Of a stretch of DNA of 64,000 nt, positions 25,439 through 39,010 are shown piece by piece. Every line of letters starts with the position of its first letter. The stretch's first letter is position 1. The translations under genes were made by a program, and so were the position numbers. The notes beneath the pieces are model-generated. The model did no database searches, had not been told where the DNA came from, and saw nothing but the letters and a program-made list of their open reading frames with translations. Location of the stretch: assembly GCF_964204645.1 (NCBI RefSeq), contig NW_027437449.1:1-64000 (forward strand), written 5' to 3'. The DNA comes from Tubulanus polymorphus (lineage: Eukaryota; Animalia; Nemertea).

Positions 25439-26985
25439 AACTGATTACTGATGAGCGTTCGGTTAATTATATTCATAAACACAGACAGATTTCCTAAACT
25501 GCACTTATTTATTCAATAAAGTTAGTGAGTAATGTTAAAAATTCGTGCTGTGATTGAACAGCAACTGTTTCTTAAAACTGAGCATTTAGAAAACAAATCG
25601 AAATCAAGCTATATTCAACACGATATGATTAGTTCCACAGTGTGTTGATAGATGGCAGCAACGATTGGTGCCGCGCGGGGATTTCAAATACTCTGGGAAT
25701 ATTTTGATAAGGCAGCTTGGAATGATTCGAAAAGGCAATAATCTTATAATAGAAATGCTTGAGTAACCATGTTTGATATCAAATCGATTGTGTGAAGTCA
25801 CTTCAACCTTCGATAGGTCGAGGAAACATTTCTACCGCAACAACGACGCCGATCCGGGTCTCTGGTGGCCTCCAGTCAGATCGCTGACCCCCAGCCCAAT
25901 AACAGAAGAGAGGGAACCAGCCCTAGATCAATTATTTAATTTTAGAACCGCCGCTCAGTCAGTTTTTTTCAGGCTGACGAACGACTACCCCGTCGAATCA
26001 CGAATGCACCATAATCTCCGCCAGGAATTTGACCCACATTCTATCGGACCCGAACTTGAAACACAGACCCGGTCGTCTCTGATCAGGGTCTATATTTGTT
26101 GTTCACCTAGAACCCTTATTGTCTGCCACGTCAGGCTTGACACGGCATCGGTATATGATCGATCGTTGTGGTTGGAATCGTCGAACGACGGATGGGGATC
26201 TGGTGACTATTTGACTGCCAGGACTGGGTGAAATTTTTGTTGATAACTTCAAAACTAGGTAAATACTAAATAAACATTATTTCATGGCACAGAAATAATG
26301 AGGTCAACAAGGTAATGAGATAATGATAGCGAAACCGCGAGCGAGCCGGTGGAACTCTGCGCGGCGCCGGCCTCCAGAGTCACTGTACTGAGACAGAGTC
26401 ACTGTTTACTGAAATTACGGAGGAATTAGTCACTCGTCGTGTCCTGTGACGTGAATAATAATTTATGTGGTGCGATTAAAAACGTTTTAATTCATTGACA
26501 AACGAGACGAGAACTGGTTTTTATAGGACACCAGACGATCAGTAAACACTGCACTGAGTCGTGTATTACACGGTATAGACAGTGACAGCACACAGCGCTA
26601 TTGCACAGCGCTATAGTACTGCCACTGTGTGCTGACTCATTATATCAGGTATTGTGTCATTTTAGCTACTGCTGCTGTATCGGGGAGCAATTTCACACTG
26701 ACTTATCTGTACACAGGTAATGTACACTGACTCCATGTTCACCCAATGACGTCATCAAATTACCTGCTGATATTTTCTTGAAACCACCACCGTTATGAAG
26801 TGTGATAGGGAGATAGTTAGGGGAGGGGACTGAGGTACGTGTGGCCCCGCCAACTGTTTTGATTCAGGTCTAATGTGATTTCAGTGATTGATTGGTCTGT
26901 GATGTGTTAGCAGGAGGAGGAGAGCGGACCAAGAGGGGACTGAGGAAAGAAGCGCGGGACCCGGTGGTCACAGTACTGCGCAGTT

Positions 26986-27774
26986 ATGGATATCGACGCG
27001 CGTGAAATAGAGACGTTATCTTGTCGACGTAAAACAATCTACGCCAGTCACGGATTAAGTATCGGATTCTCTGTGATTCTCATTATCGGTAACATTTTAC
27101 TGATTGTCGTGAAGACCTATCTGAATTTAGTTTACCTGGGTGTCGCGTGTGGCGCTGTAAGCATTCTATCTAGTTGTATTGATATATTAATCGCCTCGCG
27201 GAGACACGACGCTCAATGTCGCGTTTGTAGAATTCTCTATTACTGTTTAGAGATGTTCAGTATTTTAGGTTGCGCTGTTTTTACCGGATTCAGTTTCTCG
27301 TGGCACTATTTCGCTCGCGCGGACGGCACCGCGTCACGACTATCACTGGCGGATAAATCGTTTCGAGTCGGTGGTCGTCGCACGGAGAAACTAATCTTGC
27401 ACTATTTAATTCTCGGCTGTTGTTGTTTGCTGTTTGTGTTGATAATGATTAAACTGTGTTGTATCGGTTCAATGGCGAAGGTCGAACGGAAGAACGCGAT
27501 ACGCATGCGCAACGCTTACGAACGAAGTTCCGGCGCTGGATCACGTGTTTATGATGAGAGAGTGAGCGCTCAGAGTCGGTGGAGTTCACAACCTGCCGAT
27601 AGACTTATGCAGTATCATCAACCCCCCAGTACCGTGTCTTACCTACAGCCTACAGCGCCTCCTAGTGGAGGAGGGGAATATCCATCCTATAACCCGGTGT
27701 ATGATCCTCAGTTACAGCGACGTCAAACAGATGAACATCCGCCATCTTACGAGGAAGCGATGAGTGTCATATGA
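26986..27774 (+). CDS. Uncharacterised ~4-TM membrane protein with Cys-rich juxtamembrane segments and a C-terminal PPxY (PPSY) motif
   Basis: Single-exon 262-aa ORF; four hydrophobic segments (LSIGFSVILIIGNILLIVV, LVYLGVACGAVSILSSCIDILI, ILYYCLEMFSILGCAVFTGFSF, LILHYLILGCCCLLFVLIMIKLCC); tail PTAPP..HPPSYEEAM. Confidence 0.8.
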   Translation: MDIDAREIETLSCRRKTIYASHGLSIGFSVILIIGNILLIVVKTYLNLVYLGVACGAVSILSSCIDILIASRRHDAQCRVCRILYYCLEMFSILGCAVFTGFSFSWHYFARADGTASRLSLADKSFRVGGRRTEKLILHYLILGCCCLLFVLIMIKLCCIGSMAKVERKNAIRMRNAYERSSGAGSRVYDERVSAQSRWSSQPADRLMQYHQPPSTVSYLQPTAPPSGGGEYPSYNPVYDPQLQRRQTDEHPPSYEEAMSVI

Positions 27775-29282
27775 ACTCCTCACACCAAAATCTGTGAACG
27801 ATTTTTGAAGTGAATTAAACTCAAACTAGAAACTAGTGTGTTATTGAATATATAAGTAAGTTTAATTGGATAAATCGTCACATTACTGAAGTCATCTCTA
27901 TTTTTGAGACCCAATTTGTATTTCTAATTCGATTTCATGTATAAGTCATCTTTTAAATAAGTCGTCGACATCATCCCGACTCAATCGACTTCCATTTTCT
28001 AATCAAATCCTATCGATAACGAGAAGGTTGTGAAATCGGAGGAACTGGGACTCAGCAAAATAACAATATTATTCGCGCGCGCGAGTTTTAGTTTCTAGAA
28101 TCGTAAACAGATGACCTCAGAAATTGGAGATATCTTCAAAATAAAACAGCACGAAATGACTTCAAATTGATGATCTATAGAATAATGGTTATATACGGGA
28201 GCTTCCAGAGAACATGTCTATTAAAAGACATTTTTCGAGTTTAAGTCATAACTAGTTTTCTCAGTTAAATGTGATTTTCGAGGTTGGAGTTTATTCCGAG
28301 TCGGAATTAACCTCGAAATTTTTTTTAAAGTAGATATGTCCCCAAGAGGCTTCCGTTGTTATAAATTGTTGAATCGAATTCTGTTTTATGTAATAAATTT
28401 CTATGTTTTTGCAATAAAACTATTTTTCACTGTTACGAATTAAGAAAACCTGTAACTGTACTGTTTGTAGTTGATTTTCAATTAAAAATGTCTCAGGTGA
28501 AAACTGTATTTCGGAATGAAATATTGATAATGTTTTGCGCTTTTTACAAAGGATGAATCCCAGAATGAAACTCGCTGTAACCTAGAATACGGTTTGTACT
28601 GTAGGTTTCGAAACCAGTAGTTGACATATGAAATGCGTGTATAATTGAAGATCTATGAACTTTTCAACTTTTTTTCATTTGCTCGGGTTGTAAATTATAT
28701 GTTCAACTTTGCCGCTCGATAGTTCCTCGTTCCGATGCGTATATAGCCCTGAAGGCTTCGAAGTTAATTAGAGAGAACTTCAAACAACCACCATCTCATC
28801 TATCCTGATATCTAAAACCCGATCGATTCCTCTGAATCATCATTCCTCGTTTCAAAATACATATCTACCTGCATATTTAATTTCTGCATATTTGCATATT
28901 TTATTTCTCTTTTTCTGAAAGTTTCTAGATATTTCTCATTTTGACAGTTCAATGCCAACGCCTGTAACTGACATGTTGCGCAGAAACTTTAAACTGGGTT
29001 CAGTGACTCAAAGGTTCTTTCAAACATGCGCAATTTACAAATAGTGTGTAATTCCAAAAAGTGTCCTCAAATCTTAAAGACTGATTTTAAGTAGATTAAT
29101 TGGCTATATTAGTAAAGGATCTACACCGGCCCTAAATCTAGGGGTCAGTTGGTTGCACAGACATGGCTGAGATTTAAGACCAGTCTAACACCATCTTAGT
29201 TCCTTAAAAAATCGAACAACCTTAGACCAACTTAAAGCTTCAATTCGCGTTTGCAATTCGACTCTGGGGTTAAAGTTAAACG

Positions 29283-29600
29283 CGGTTATAACGAGGTTCC
29301 GCTGTATATAGAACTATCGGTTATAGCGAACAGATTTTCTGGTCTCCTGAAGTTCGTTGTAACGAGGTTCCGCTGTATATAGAACTACCGGTTATAACGA
29401 GGTTCCGCTGTATATAGAACTATCGGTTATAACGAGGTTCCGCTGTATATAGAACTATCGGTTATAACGAGGTTCCGCTGTATATAGAACTATCGGTTAT
29501 AACGAACAGATTTTCTGGTCTCCTGAAGTTCGTTGTAACGAGGTTCCGCTGTATATAGAACTATCGGTTATAACGAACAGATTTTCTGGAAGTTCGCTGT
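29283..29600. repeat. 35-bp tandem repeat, probably MITE-derived
   Basis: Unit ATAACGAGGTTCCGCTGTATATAGAACTATCGGTT, with interspersed longer variants. Confidence 0.8.
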
Positions 29601-29915
29601 TGTTTTTTCCAAAATGCAAAAGTAATCATGTAACTAAAATTTGAACTGCCTAAATTTACCAATTTGTCGGGTCGAATTCCAAGCCTATTCATTTCACCCA
29701 AAACTCAAATATTTCTGAAAATATATCAATAGTTGAGAATTCAAAATTCTGAACTGACTGAATGAAATCGATAATTAGATTATATATGACGTCATCACTG
29801 TAGTTCTAGTAAATATTTCTTGCACTGAATTCGTGTGTGAAAAATATCTTCGTTTTATTAAATGAATTTGACGATCTTTTACTTCTAGCAAGTAACATGG
29901 AATCTAGATATATAC

Positions 29916-30837
29916 TGTCATGATCGCAGTTCTGACATTTTGAACTTATTTTGATATTTGAAATTATTAACTTATAGTTGGAATTATTAACTTCATTTCA
30001 ATTGAATTATAATTATGATAAAGCATCTTTTGGAATTAATATCATTGATATCAACAGTAAGTAATAGTATTATGGATGCAACCCTTCTTACTATCCTCAC
30101 AGGCTTCTTACTATCCTCACACGGTTTTTTATACCTAGTTCCTGCATTGTGCCATCATCGCACAATGCAGGAACTAGGTATAAAAAACCGTGATCACGAA
30201 CAAAGTCTTAAGATGTTCACTTTCCGTGTTAGAAGTCATTTATTTCGTCGTATAGTGTAAAATCCTTTTCACAGTCATATCATATCAAGTTGAAGTTTAT
30301 TATTTAATTTTGCGTACAGTTACGGTAATAAAACTAACTGCAGATAGTGAAAATTTGTTTTAAATACAAGCGTTGGCTTTTCCAAAAATCCAAATGAAAC
30401 CAACCCCGCAAGTTAAGTGCGGGGGTATTTTATACCCAAATATCACATGACCAAGTGTCACGTGATTTTAACTAGTGATTTTAGTGGAGGAAAGCTTAGG
30501 AATGATATCATGATTTTGCAGCTCAGAAACTGGCATCCCTTCAAAACCCTGGAATCTTTAATTACTGGACCATGTCCGGTTGTTTGTTCAAACTGTACTG
30601 ATATCAACAGGTTAACAGTACTTGGACACAGCAGTTCATTTGAACTTTACCTGTGAGGATAGTAAGAAGGGTTGCATCCATAATACTATTACTTACTGTT
30701 GATATCAATGATATTAATTCCAAAAGATGCTTTATCATAATTATAATTCAATTGAAATGAAGTTAATAATTCCAACTATAAGTTAATAATTTCAAATATC
30801 AAAATAAGTTCAAAATGTCAGAACTGCGATCATGACA
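29916..30837. mobile_element. Non-autonomous DNA transposon, Ginger-like (TGT...ACA ends, 4-bp TSD ATAC, 188-bp TIRs)
   Basis: TIRs 29916-30103 and 30650-30837 appear perfectly complementary; ATAC at 29912-29915 and 30838-30841; no transposase ORF. Confidence 0.85.
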
Positions 30838-31073
30838 ATACATATCACTAATTGAGCAACTGATCTGTCGGCGAAAAATATTACAAATATACACAAAATT
30901 GGTATCGGTTTCAAAATAATTGCAGCAGCGACGAAAAATATCTATTTCAAAGAATTCTCAGCGAATTTTCTGATTGGACGAACTGTTATTTGTGATCGCT
31001 TGTTATTCGACGAAAAGATATGCGAACTATAGTGAATGATTCGGTTCATTCTGTCGTGTTGATGCTGTTCGGT

Positions 31074-34000
31074 ATGGATCGACTGAGAGCGCTGTTTATA
31101 GCGTCGCTGATCGTCTGGCGAGTTAACATCGCACACGCTGATCTGTCTGACTCTGTGACGGTCAGTTCGTCTTGTAGCAACACTTGGTACCCCGTCGATT
31201 CTACGTCCGGTTACATCGTTTCACCGAATTACTCGTCGTTAACGCACGGTGTTGAATGTCGTTGGTTCGTCAACAGCTCTTTACCGGGAACTTTCAACAT
31301 CAAACTATACTACGACATCGAGCCGTCGATATTCTGTAGTGATAACTACCTTATCGTCGGTGAGTCCGATAACAGATTCTGCGGCGAAGGAAAACATGAA
31401 ATCCGCCGTAACGATTCGATCTCGTTGATGTTTAGAAGTAACGTCGATGGTGCGCGGGGTAGTCGGGTTTATATCATATATCGTTTTGAACGAAACAATT
31501 TGAATTTGATTCACAACTGCAGATTCACAATGAACAGATTACAAACATCGACAGGATACAAATTTGCAATGTATTTATATCGTTGTAAATTATATTTGGA
31601 ATGGATCGGGATCCCAGATGGTTTTGGTTTTGGTATGAATTTGACGTTTACACAGATAGATTTCGGATTATTTCCTGGCGCTGATTCAGTGACAACTGTT
31701 CAAATTTACGACGGATGGAACACCAGTGAACCTATAGCTGTTATACCAGAACAAACCGGACATCCACCATCATCATTTTATACTAAAACCAACAAAGCCA
31801 TTATTTACTTAAATGATCGATCGTCTGTTAAATCACAACTATCAGTTCAGATGTATAGAATATCTGATTGGAACGTCTTTAATCCGTTAATTCAACTCTC
31901 TAATAACGAATCTGGAGTGCTCATTCCTGGTGTCAACAGTTTACACGTAATAACTCGATCAAAACACTTACACTGCTGGTCTATCAAAGTGCAGGTGTTA
32001 CAGTACGTCGTCTTCAACTGGACACGTGATCTCAGCACATCCGGTGACGTCATCGGTGTTTATAAACTAGAAGGGTTACGCGTTGTAGGAACTGGTATTT
32101 TACTCGGTTACAACTACCTGGAATCACTGAGTGTTAAATCTGACGGCTTTCTCGTCATACTGTGCGTTTTAATAAGACCAGATGTTTTACAATCGAATGT
32201 AAAAATTGATTATGAAGTGATATCTATTTCTATAAGAGACGTACAAGTTCACAAACCCTGGGTGAGTAAAAATAATTACTCAACTTCATCGGATAATGGA
32301 CATTTTGTGAACCTTTCGTGATTTTCAAAAACCTTTTTAAACATTAAATCTCTCATTCGAAAATGGTGAACACTTCGTTTTTACAAAAAAAAAATCATTT
32401 TTGAAAATAAGGAAAATAACATTCTGTTAATGGACAATTGTTCATATTTTGTAGATACTTGGCATTGATGGCGGTATTGGAAGTTTGACTCCTGGAAATC
32501 TGTTCCAGAAGACAACGATGGCAGCATTGATGTATCGTATAAACACATTAGAATTTAAACACAAAGTTGATATCTATAATCGTGGAATCAAACTAAAAGT
32601 CTTATCAGAGACGTGCGAGAGAGCTGGTTTTTATATATATGATGGTGGTAATTTTACAGCTAGACGCTATGGTCCGTATTGTCCTGGTGACGAATACGGT
32701 CGTGACGTCTTCGGTCTGGTTACATCAGGAGGACCGGTTACTGTAGTAGGATACGCTTATAACTGGGAGAATTGGGTCCCAGTGCGAAGAACGCCACTCG
32801 AATCATTGATAGAATATTCGGCAGCAGCTCTCAGATTCAATCCTACTGACTGTGACGGGTATGTTCTACAGGAAGGAGAAAATCAGATCAATATGACGTC
32901 AAACTGTCTGGTGATTACACCTGAAAACCGGCGCCTTCCTTTAGAAAACATTTATATATTATCAGAATATGAATATCAAATGGTGACATGTTTTTATGCA
33001 CAATTCGGGCAGTGTGGCAGCAAAATGAGTTTATCAAATCAGTTTCTCGGTGAGAGATCCGTATTAAACACATTGCAGCCCTTCAACAAATATGGATCCA
33101 GGGATAATGAATTCATAGTTACACTACGTCGTAAATGTCAAGTAGAAAAAAAACCTACACCATTTGCTCCTCATTTTTCTTCATTATACCCACAGAGGGA
33201 TGAATGTGGAATCTTATTACCAGCGAACAAGCTAACGGCTTTGTATGCTTCGGGATATTCTTATTACAGCTTTGAAAACCCGATAGAAAATAATCGAATT
33301 CAATATTACAGATTTATCATCAAATCTATCGATACTTTACCATGCAGTAAATTATCTAGGTTAGATAAAGATGAAGTTCTTTTCAAGGAACGAATACATG
33401 ACGTTAAGAGTATCGAGATCATTTCAGGAGGCTACAATATATTTCGTAGAGTTACTCGTGTTCCTAATAGCGAAACCGAACATCAAACTGAAATATGCGG
33501 AGCTAATGCTAAACGTGGAATTATATTTTATAGTTTAATGGACAACGAATTGTATTTTGAGATAAAAAGTGTTCACTTACATTACCGAATACAATACAAA
33601 TTAGTAGAAGAGTCGTTACAAATAAAAAAATTTGATAAAATCCATTGTAAATCAGGATTTCTAGATTCAGGAATTTCCTGCGTCAAATACATCAGAGATG
33701 AACGTCTGAATTGGGAGAACGCTGAAATGTACTGTCGACAGAAATACGGAGGACATCTTCTCAGTATCAACTCTGAACAGGAAATGATTTCTGTAAAAAG
33801 ATTATTCGCCACAAAACTGCTTAGAAAGGGATATACCCAGGAGGCGCTTATAATGATGATCGGGCTAAAATTCAAGGTAACTTCCAAAAGTAAGAAAAAA
33901 GGACAAATGGAGTAAAATTTAACGCGGATTTGAATCAAAATACTCCCAAAATTGATGCATTCCTAAACAGAATCAATGCAAACAATATTGAAAAGATAAT

Positions 34001-37000
34001 GGATGACAATGAACTGCATAATGATTCAGTTTTTCAGATTTTCAGTTTAATTCATAATTGAATTCATGTTATTGAATTAATGGTGATTTTTGTTAAAGAA
34101 TACAAAATGCTAAAATCGAATTTTATCTTTAAACAGAATAATGGTTATTACACGTGGACTGATGGGAAACCAATGAGCTACACGGAGTGGTTTAATCCAG
34201 CTATGGTAAACGACACGATACCAGAAGTTATTCAAGGATGGATATCTCCACTACGAAAACAGCCGATAAATGACGTCAATATGCCGTGTACGGCGATGAT
34301 TCTGAATAATCCACGAGGATCAGCGAACTGGGTTCGATTCCCGTGTCTCATCGAGGAGACTCGAACAACTTTCATTTGTGAATCGGATAGAATTGACGTC
34401 GATTCAGAACGCGTGGATAATTCGACAATTAGAAATCAAAATAAAACGACCATCCTAGAAATAACTGATACTAATAACGATATTGTATTTCTCACTGGAA
34501 ATAAAAGTGTTCTAAATTCCGATACAACCAATAACTCGACTTGTAAAAAAGGTTGGCAAAATGTGGGTGGAAAATGTTGTCAAATGCTCACAGATTGGAA
34601 CAACAATCGAGGTTTGGATATTCGAAGTGCTACGAAAATGTGTCGTGACCTTCACGCTGAAATAGGCATTGTAGCTAATCATGTGGAAAATGAAATAAAA
34701 GCATTAATTGACGAGTTTAGTTTTAAACACCAATATGGCGCTATACTGACTGTGGATTCTAGGAAAATGTTTCAAGTGATCGAACCAGTTTTGACAAGGG
34801 ACGAAATCACTTTTATCGAGTCGTTGAAATGGTCGATAAAACCGTGGAATAAACAGAAAAACAACGTTCATTCTGTGCTATGTTCCTATAATGAAACTGG
34901 TGAAGAGTTGGCTTCTATAAGCGGTTGTGAATCGTGGCAGTTTAAATGTAATGATCAAAGATGTATCAGCGACCATCGCGTATGTGATACCAGAAACGAC
35001 TGTCAACACGGTGAAGATGAACTCAATTGTTCGGGTTCAAACTTACAGAGTCAGTTCCACTGTTCAGATGGACGGGTTATATCAGTGAGTAATTTATGTG
35101 ATTTCATAAAGGATTGTGTCGATGGCTCGGATGAGAACTCGTGTTTTCATCCCCCGTGTTTGCCCCAACAATTCCGCTGTACCAGTGGTCAATGTGTCGA
35201 TAGATCGTACCGATGTGATGGAATCCTTAACTGTAAGGACGGCTCCGACGAGAGGACATGCGATCCAGAACTTTGCAACGGGTTTCTGTGTAAGAATGAT
35301 GAATGTATCAGTTCTCTATTGTATCGGGATGGTGTTGTAGATTGTAGCGGAAGCCTCGAAGAAGATGAACTTTTAACATCGAATGTTACAGTGAATACTA
35401 CAGTTCACTGTAATGATGAGAACTACTGTACGACTAACTTCACAAACTTATGTAAGAAATCTGATGAACAAAGATGTTCTTTCGATTCTCCTCATTGTTA
35501 TTCTAGACGTCATAGATGTATTTTAGAAAGGATGCCGATTGGTTACCCGGTATGTAGAAGGCTCGAACATATACAAGATTGTACCGATTTTAAATGTCCA
35601 GCTGGTACTGTAAAATGTCCAGCATCTTACTGTATACCGATAGGACAGGTGTGCGATGGTCGATCCGATTGTCCTAATTCAGAAGACGAGCGAAACTGCG
35701 AGACTTTGTCGTGTCCCGGCATGTTCAAATGTGGCCAGGAAAATCGATGTATTCCACAATCTGAAGTTTGTGATGGTGTTGTGGATTGTAAACATACTAC
35801 TGACGACGAGTCTTACTGTAACATCACGTGTCCTGAGTATTGTAAATGTCAAGGCTATTTAATTGATTGCGATGATGCTGGTTTAGTAGAAATAACTGAT
35901 CTTTTCTCGGCATCAACTCGAGTTCTTATTTTATCAGAAAACCGAGTAGTATTCAATGAGTCCACGTTTTCTTCTTACCTCTATCTACATTTCCTCAATA
36001 TTTCACGTAACAATTTGTCTTATATTGTTCCAAACTCGTTCTCAAACCTACATAATCTACATACATTAGATCTAGCTTATAACCGCATGACATCATTGAT
36101 CGCGAATACATTCGCCGGTTTGTTTAGTTTGAAAATGCTCTTGATTTTTGGAAATCCAATTAGATATTTAGAAGAAGGCAGTTTTCAAGGTTTAAAGTCT
36201 ATAATCGATCTCGATCTTCACGGACTTTTCTTGTTGTTGCTTGGTGGAAATGTGTTCAGTGGTTTATCCGTATTAGAGTCGTTGAATGTCAGCAATAACA
36301 GAATCAGTTATATTTCACCAAACGCATTTTCCGGGTTAACAAAACTGAGAAATCTGGATCTTACCAAAAATTCAAAAGTCATATCCGTAGTTAGAACCGT
36401 TTTTGAGAGTCTAACATTACTGAGTTCTTTGGCTTCTGACGCGTACAAATTTTGTTGCATGGTTCCGAGTGTTGACCAGTGTCTCCCGGAAGCCGACCAA
36501 TTTTCATCCTGTTCCGACCTGATGGGTAACACTGTTCTTAGAGCAATCATTTGGGTGATCGCTTCATTCAGCTTTTTTGCGAACAGCATTGTCATTTTAC
36601 TTCGCATTCAAGCGTTTCGAATTTCAACCTCTGAATCACGTAACACATCCTCTGATATCCTCATCATTAATATTGCAACCTGCGATTTTCTGATGTCGAT
36701 TTATCTGTTTCTGATCGCAGGAGCCGATTACGTCTATAAAGGGGTTTATTTCTTAAATTCTGAAAGTTGGACAGGTAGTTCTCTGTGTCGATTCGCAGGG
36801 ATTATAGTGACTCTTTCGTGCGAGGGATCTTTGACTTTTCTCCTCATTCTTACGCGTCAAAGATACTCGAATATCGTCAATCCATTTTCAGGAAGCCCAA
36901 TTTTATCTTCGAATTCTGTATCCGGTATTTGCTGTTTAAGTTGGATCATTTTGGGCACCATTTCGATGCTACCACTATCGTCATCTTCTTATTTCGGAAA

Positions 37001-37436
37001 TAACTTTTACGGCACAACCGGTGTTTGTTTACCTATGAACTTACTAACCATCAATGTCCACGCCTGGCAATATTCATTCGCTATATTTGCCGTGTTTAAC
37101 TCGGTCGTTCTTGCTACAATAATGATGACGTATGCACAGATGTATAGACTCGTATCTGGAAGCAGGTCCGGTTCGGGTAGAGCTGATCCTACCGAATTGG
37201 TTCTGGCGCGTAGGAGTTTAGTGATAAATCTGTGTAATTTATTTTGCTGGTTACCGATAATTATCGTTCAGTTTTGCGCTGTATTGCGAGTAGAAATACC
37301 GAACCAAGTGGCGGCTTGGTTGGCGGTACTTTTCCTACCGATCAACTCGTCACTGAATCCACTTCTTTACACCATCCTCACTATTGATGTTAAATCAATT
37401 CGGGCAAGAAATAAACGGGTTTGGAAAACTCGCTGA
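31074..37436 (+). CDS. GRL101-like leucine-rich-repeat GPCR with an extended CUB + C-type lectin + LDLa ectodomain; exons 31074-32261, 32455-33876, 34137-37436 (~1969 aa)
   Basis: Signal peptide; CUB motifs (GYIVSPNY..ECRW, CSDNYL..RFCG, IYDG..YGPYC); CTLD (LNWENAEMYC..GHLLSINS..IGL|..YTWTDG..YTEW); ~7 LDLa repeats; LRRNT and LRRs; hinge YKFCC..FSSCSDLM; 7TM ending PINSSLNPLLY. Both introns are phase 0, GT-AG. Confidence 0.9.
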
Positions 37437-39010
37437 AACATTTGAAACAACTTCAACTTTATCACAAATTATCCGATCTATTTCAATGAGGCACTGGTCA
37501 CCTGAACTATGTAGTGCTATAGATACACACTAGGGGCGCTGTATATCGCTGTATAATATAAGCATCTAATTTAAATATGTTGATTATAGTGAAATAATCG
37601 CTCAGTGAGTACTGTTGATTATTCACATAATTTAATCTCCTGATGCAAGTGAAAAATTGTTTGTAAACTTTTCTTGTAAGGGTAGGAAATTAGGTTAGAG
37701 TTCCGCCAACCTCTGTATCTGATTGTATCACGCTGACACCTAGTGTTAAGTGGAAGAACTAATTGATGTAATTCAATGCGGAGTTTAGTTTTAAATTTCA
37801 TTTTAATTGATTGTACATTGTCGTATGATTCACCAGTGTTGTTTTATTATATCAATAAAAATCAATTCCACATTAAACATTTCTCTGTTTTTATCTACCA
37901 AAGCAAAATAATTATTTTCCATTCATGAACGTTTCCCGGGGGGCAATCGTTTTCACCCAAATCTGATCAATTTATTGCAATAAGTTATCAAGTCCTATCA
38001 ACTTTCCCTAAGTAACTAAAGCTATGAAACATAATTTGTAGAGATTTATCGATTTCTGTATGAACAGTGATTCGAATTATCAATTGAGTCGCAATCGCAT
38101 TATCTAAAATGTTTGAAATGGTTTGAAGATATTATGTGTCGCTTCTCCTTTGAAAGAGAAGCTTCTAAATATCTTTAAGTGTAAATCCTCGATTGAATCA
38201 TCCACCATGTTGAATGAGCCATACTCAACTTGGGAGGGCTAGTTCTATTGTCTGTTCTGCTACGCCGGTACGCCGCACGGTAAGGATTGCAATATCAAAT
38301 CATTAATAATCAAAAACCGATTAAAATTGACGATTGACAAAACGCTATGGATCCGTGTTTTGTAGAGATAATCCCAGAATAATAACGATAATACGATTAA
38401 CTATATTCTAATAGTTTAGAAACGTCGAATAAACTCTACTTTAGCTCCAGTTACATTTTTGAACTGTTCTCGTTATTATTGTGTGATTCTCTACCGATGA
38501 AAATTATTATCTGCGGGATTTTTCTTCCAATTTGCAAATTAACCACTGTTTCCACGATTTTGAAGACAATTCTTTAGTCCGAAAACCACCAAAAAAAATT
38601 TATATCAGGAAAACACAGGAAAATATTCCAAAAAAGATATTGAGCTGAAAACGATATTTCAGTTTGTATGGAACGTATTTCGACAAATTGCGCTTCAATT
38701 AAACCGACCTCATAACGACCTAATTTTACAGTGAAAAGACGAAATGTCACACGGCGCTGAGAGGAAGCAAAATAACAAACAGCGAATCACGAATTCGGAG
38801 ATAATTTTGTAATTATCCATGGCAAACTATGACGAGCAGAATTGCGCTATTTGTCCTCGAAATGAGAAAAATGTTTCGTAATATTTTGTTCGTAGAAACT
38901 CAATACTAGTTACTGCGTCAGTAGTTCATGCGCTGTGTATTAATATCGGGTGTCGATTCTACTCATCGGTTACGGGTTTATTTTCATCAATTTTCATTTG
39001 CAGTTTTATC

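Noticed and set aside
25773-26231. 152-aa ORF between the tRNA and the membrane-protein gene
   Set aside because: TTG start, no recognisable motif or splice support; a CTGACGA..GAA at ~25974 lacks proper hammerhead geometry.
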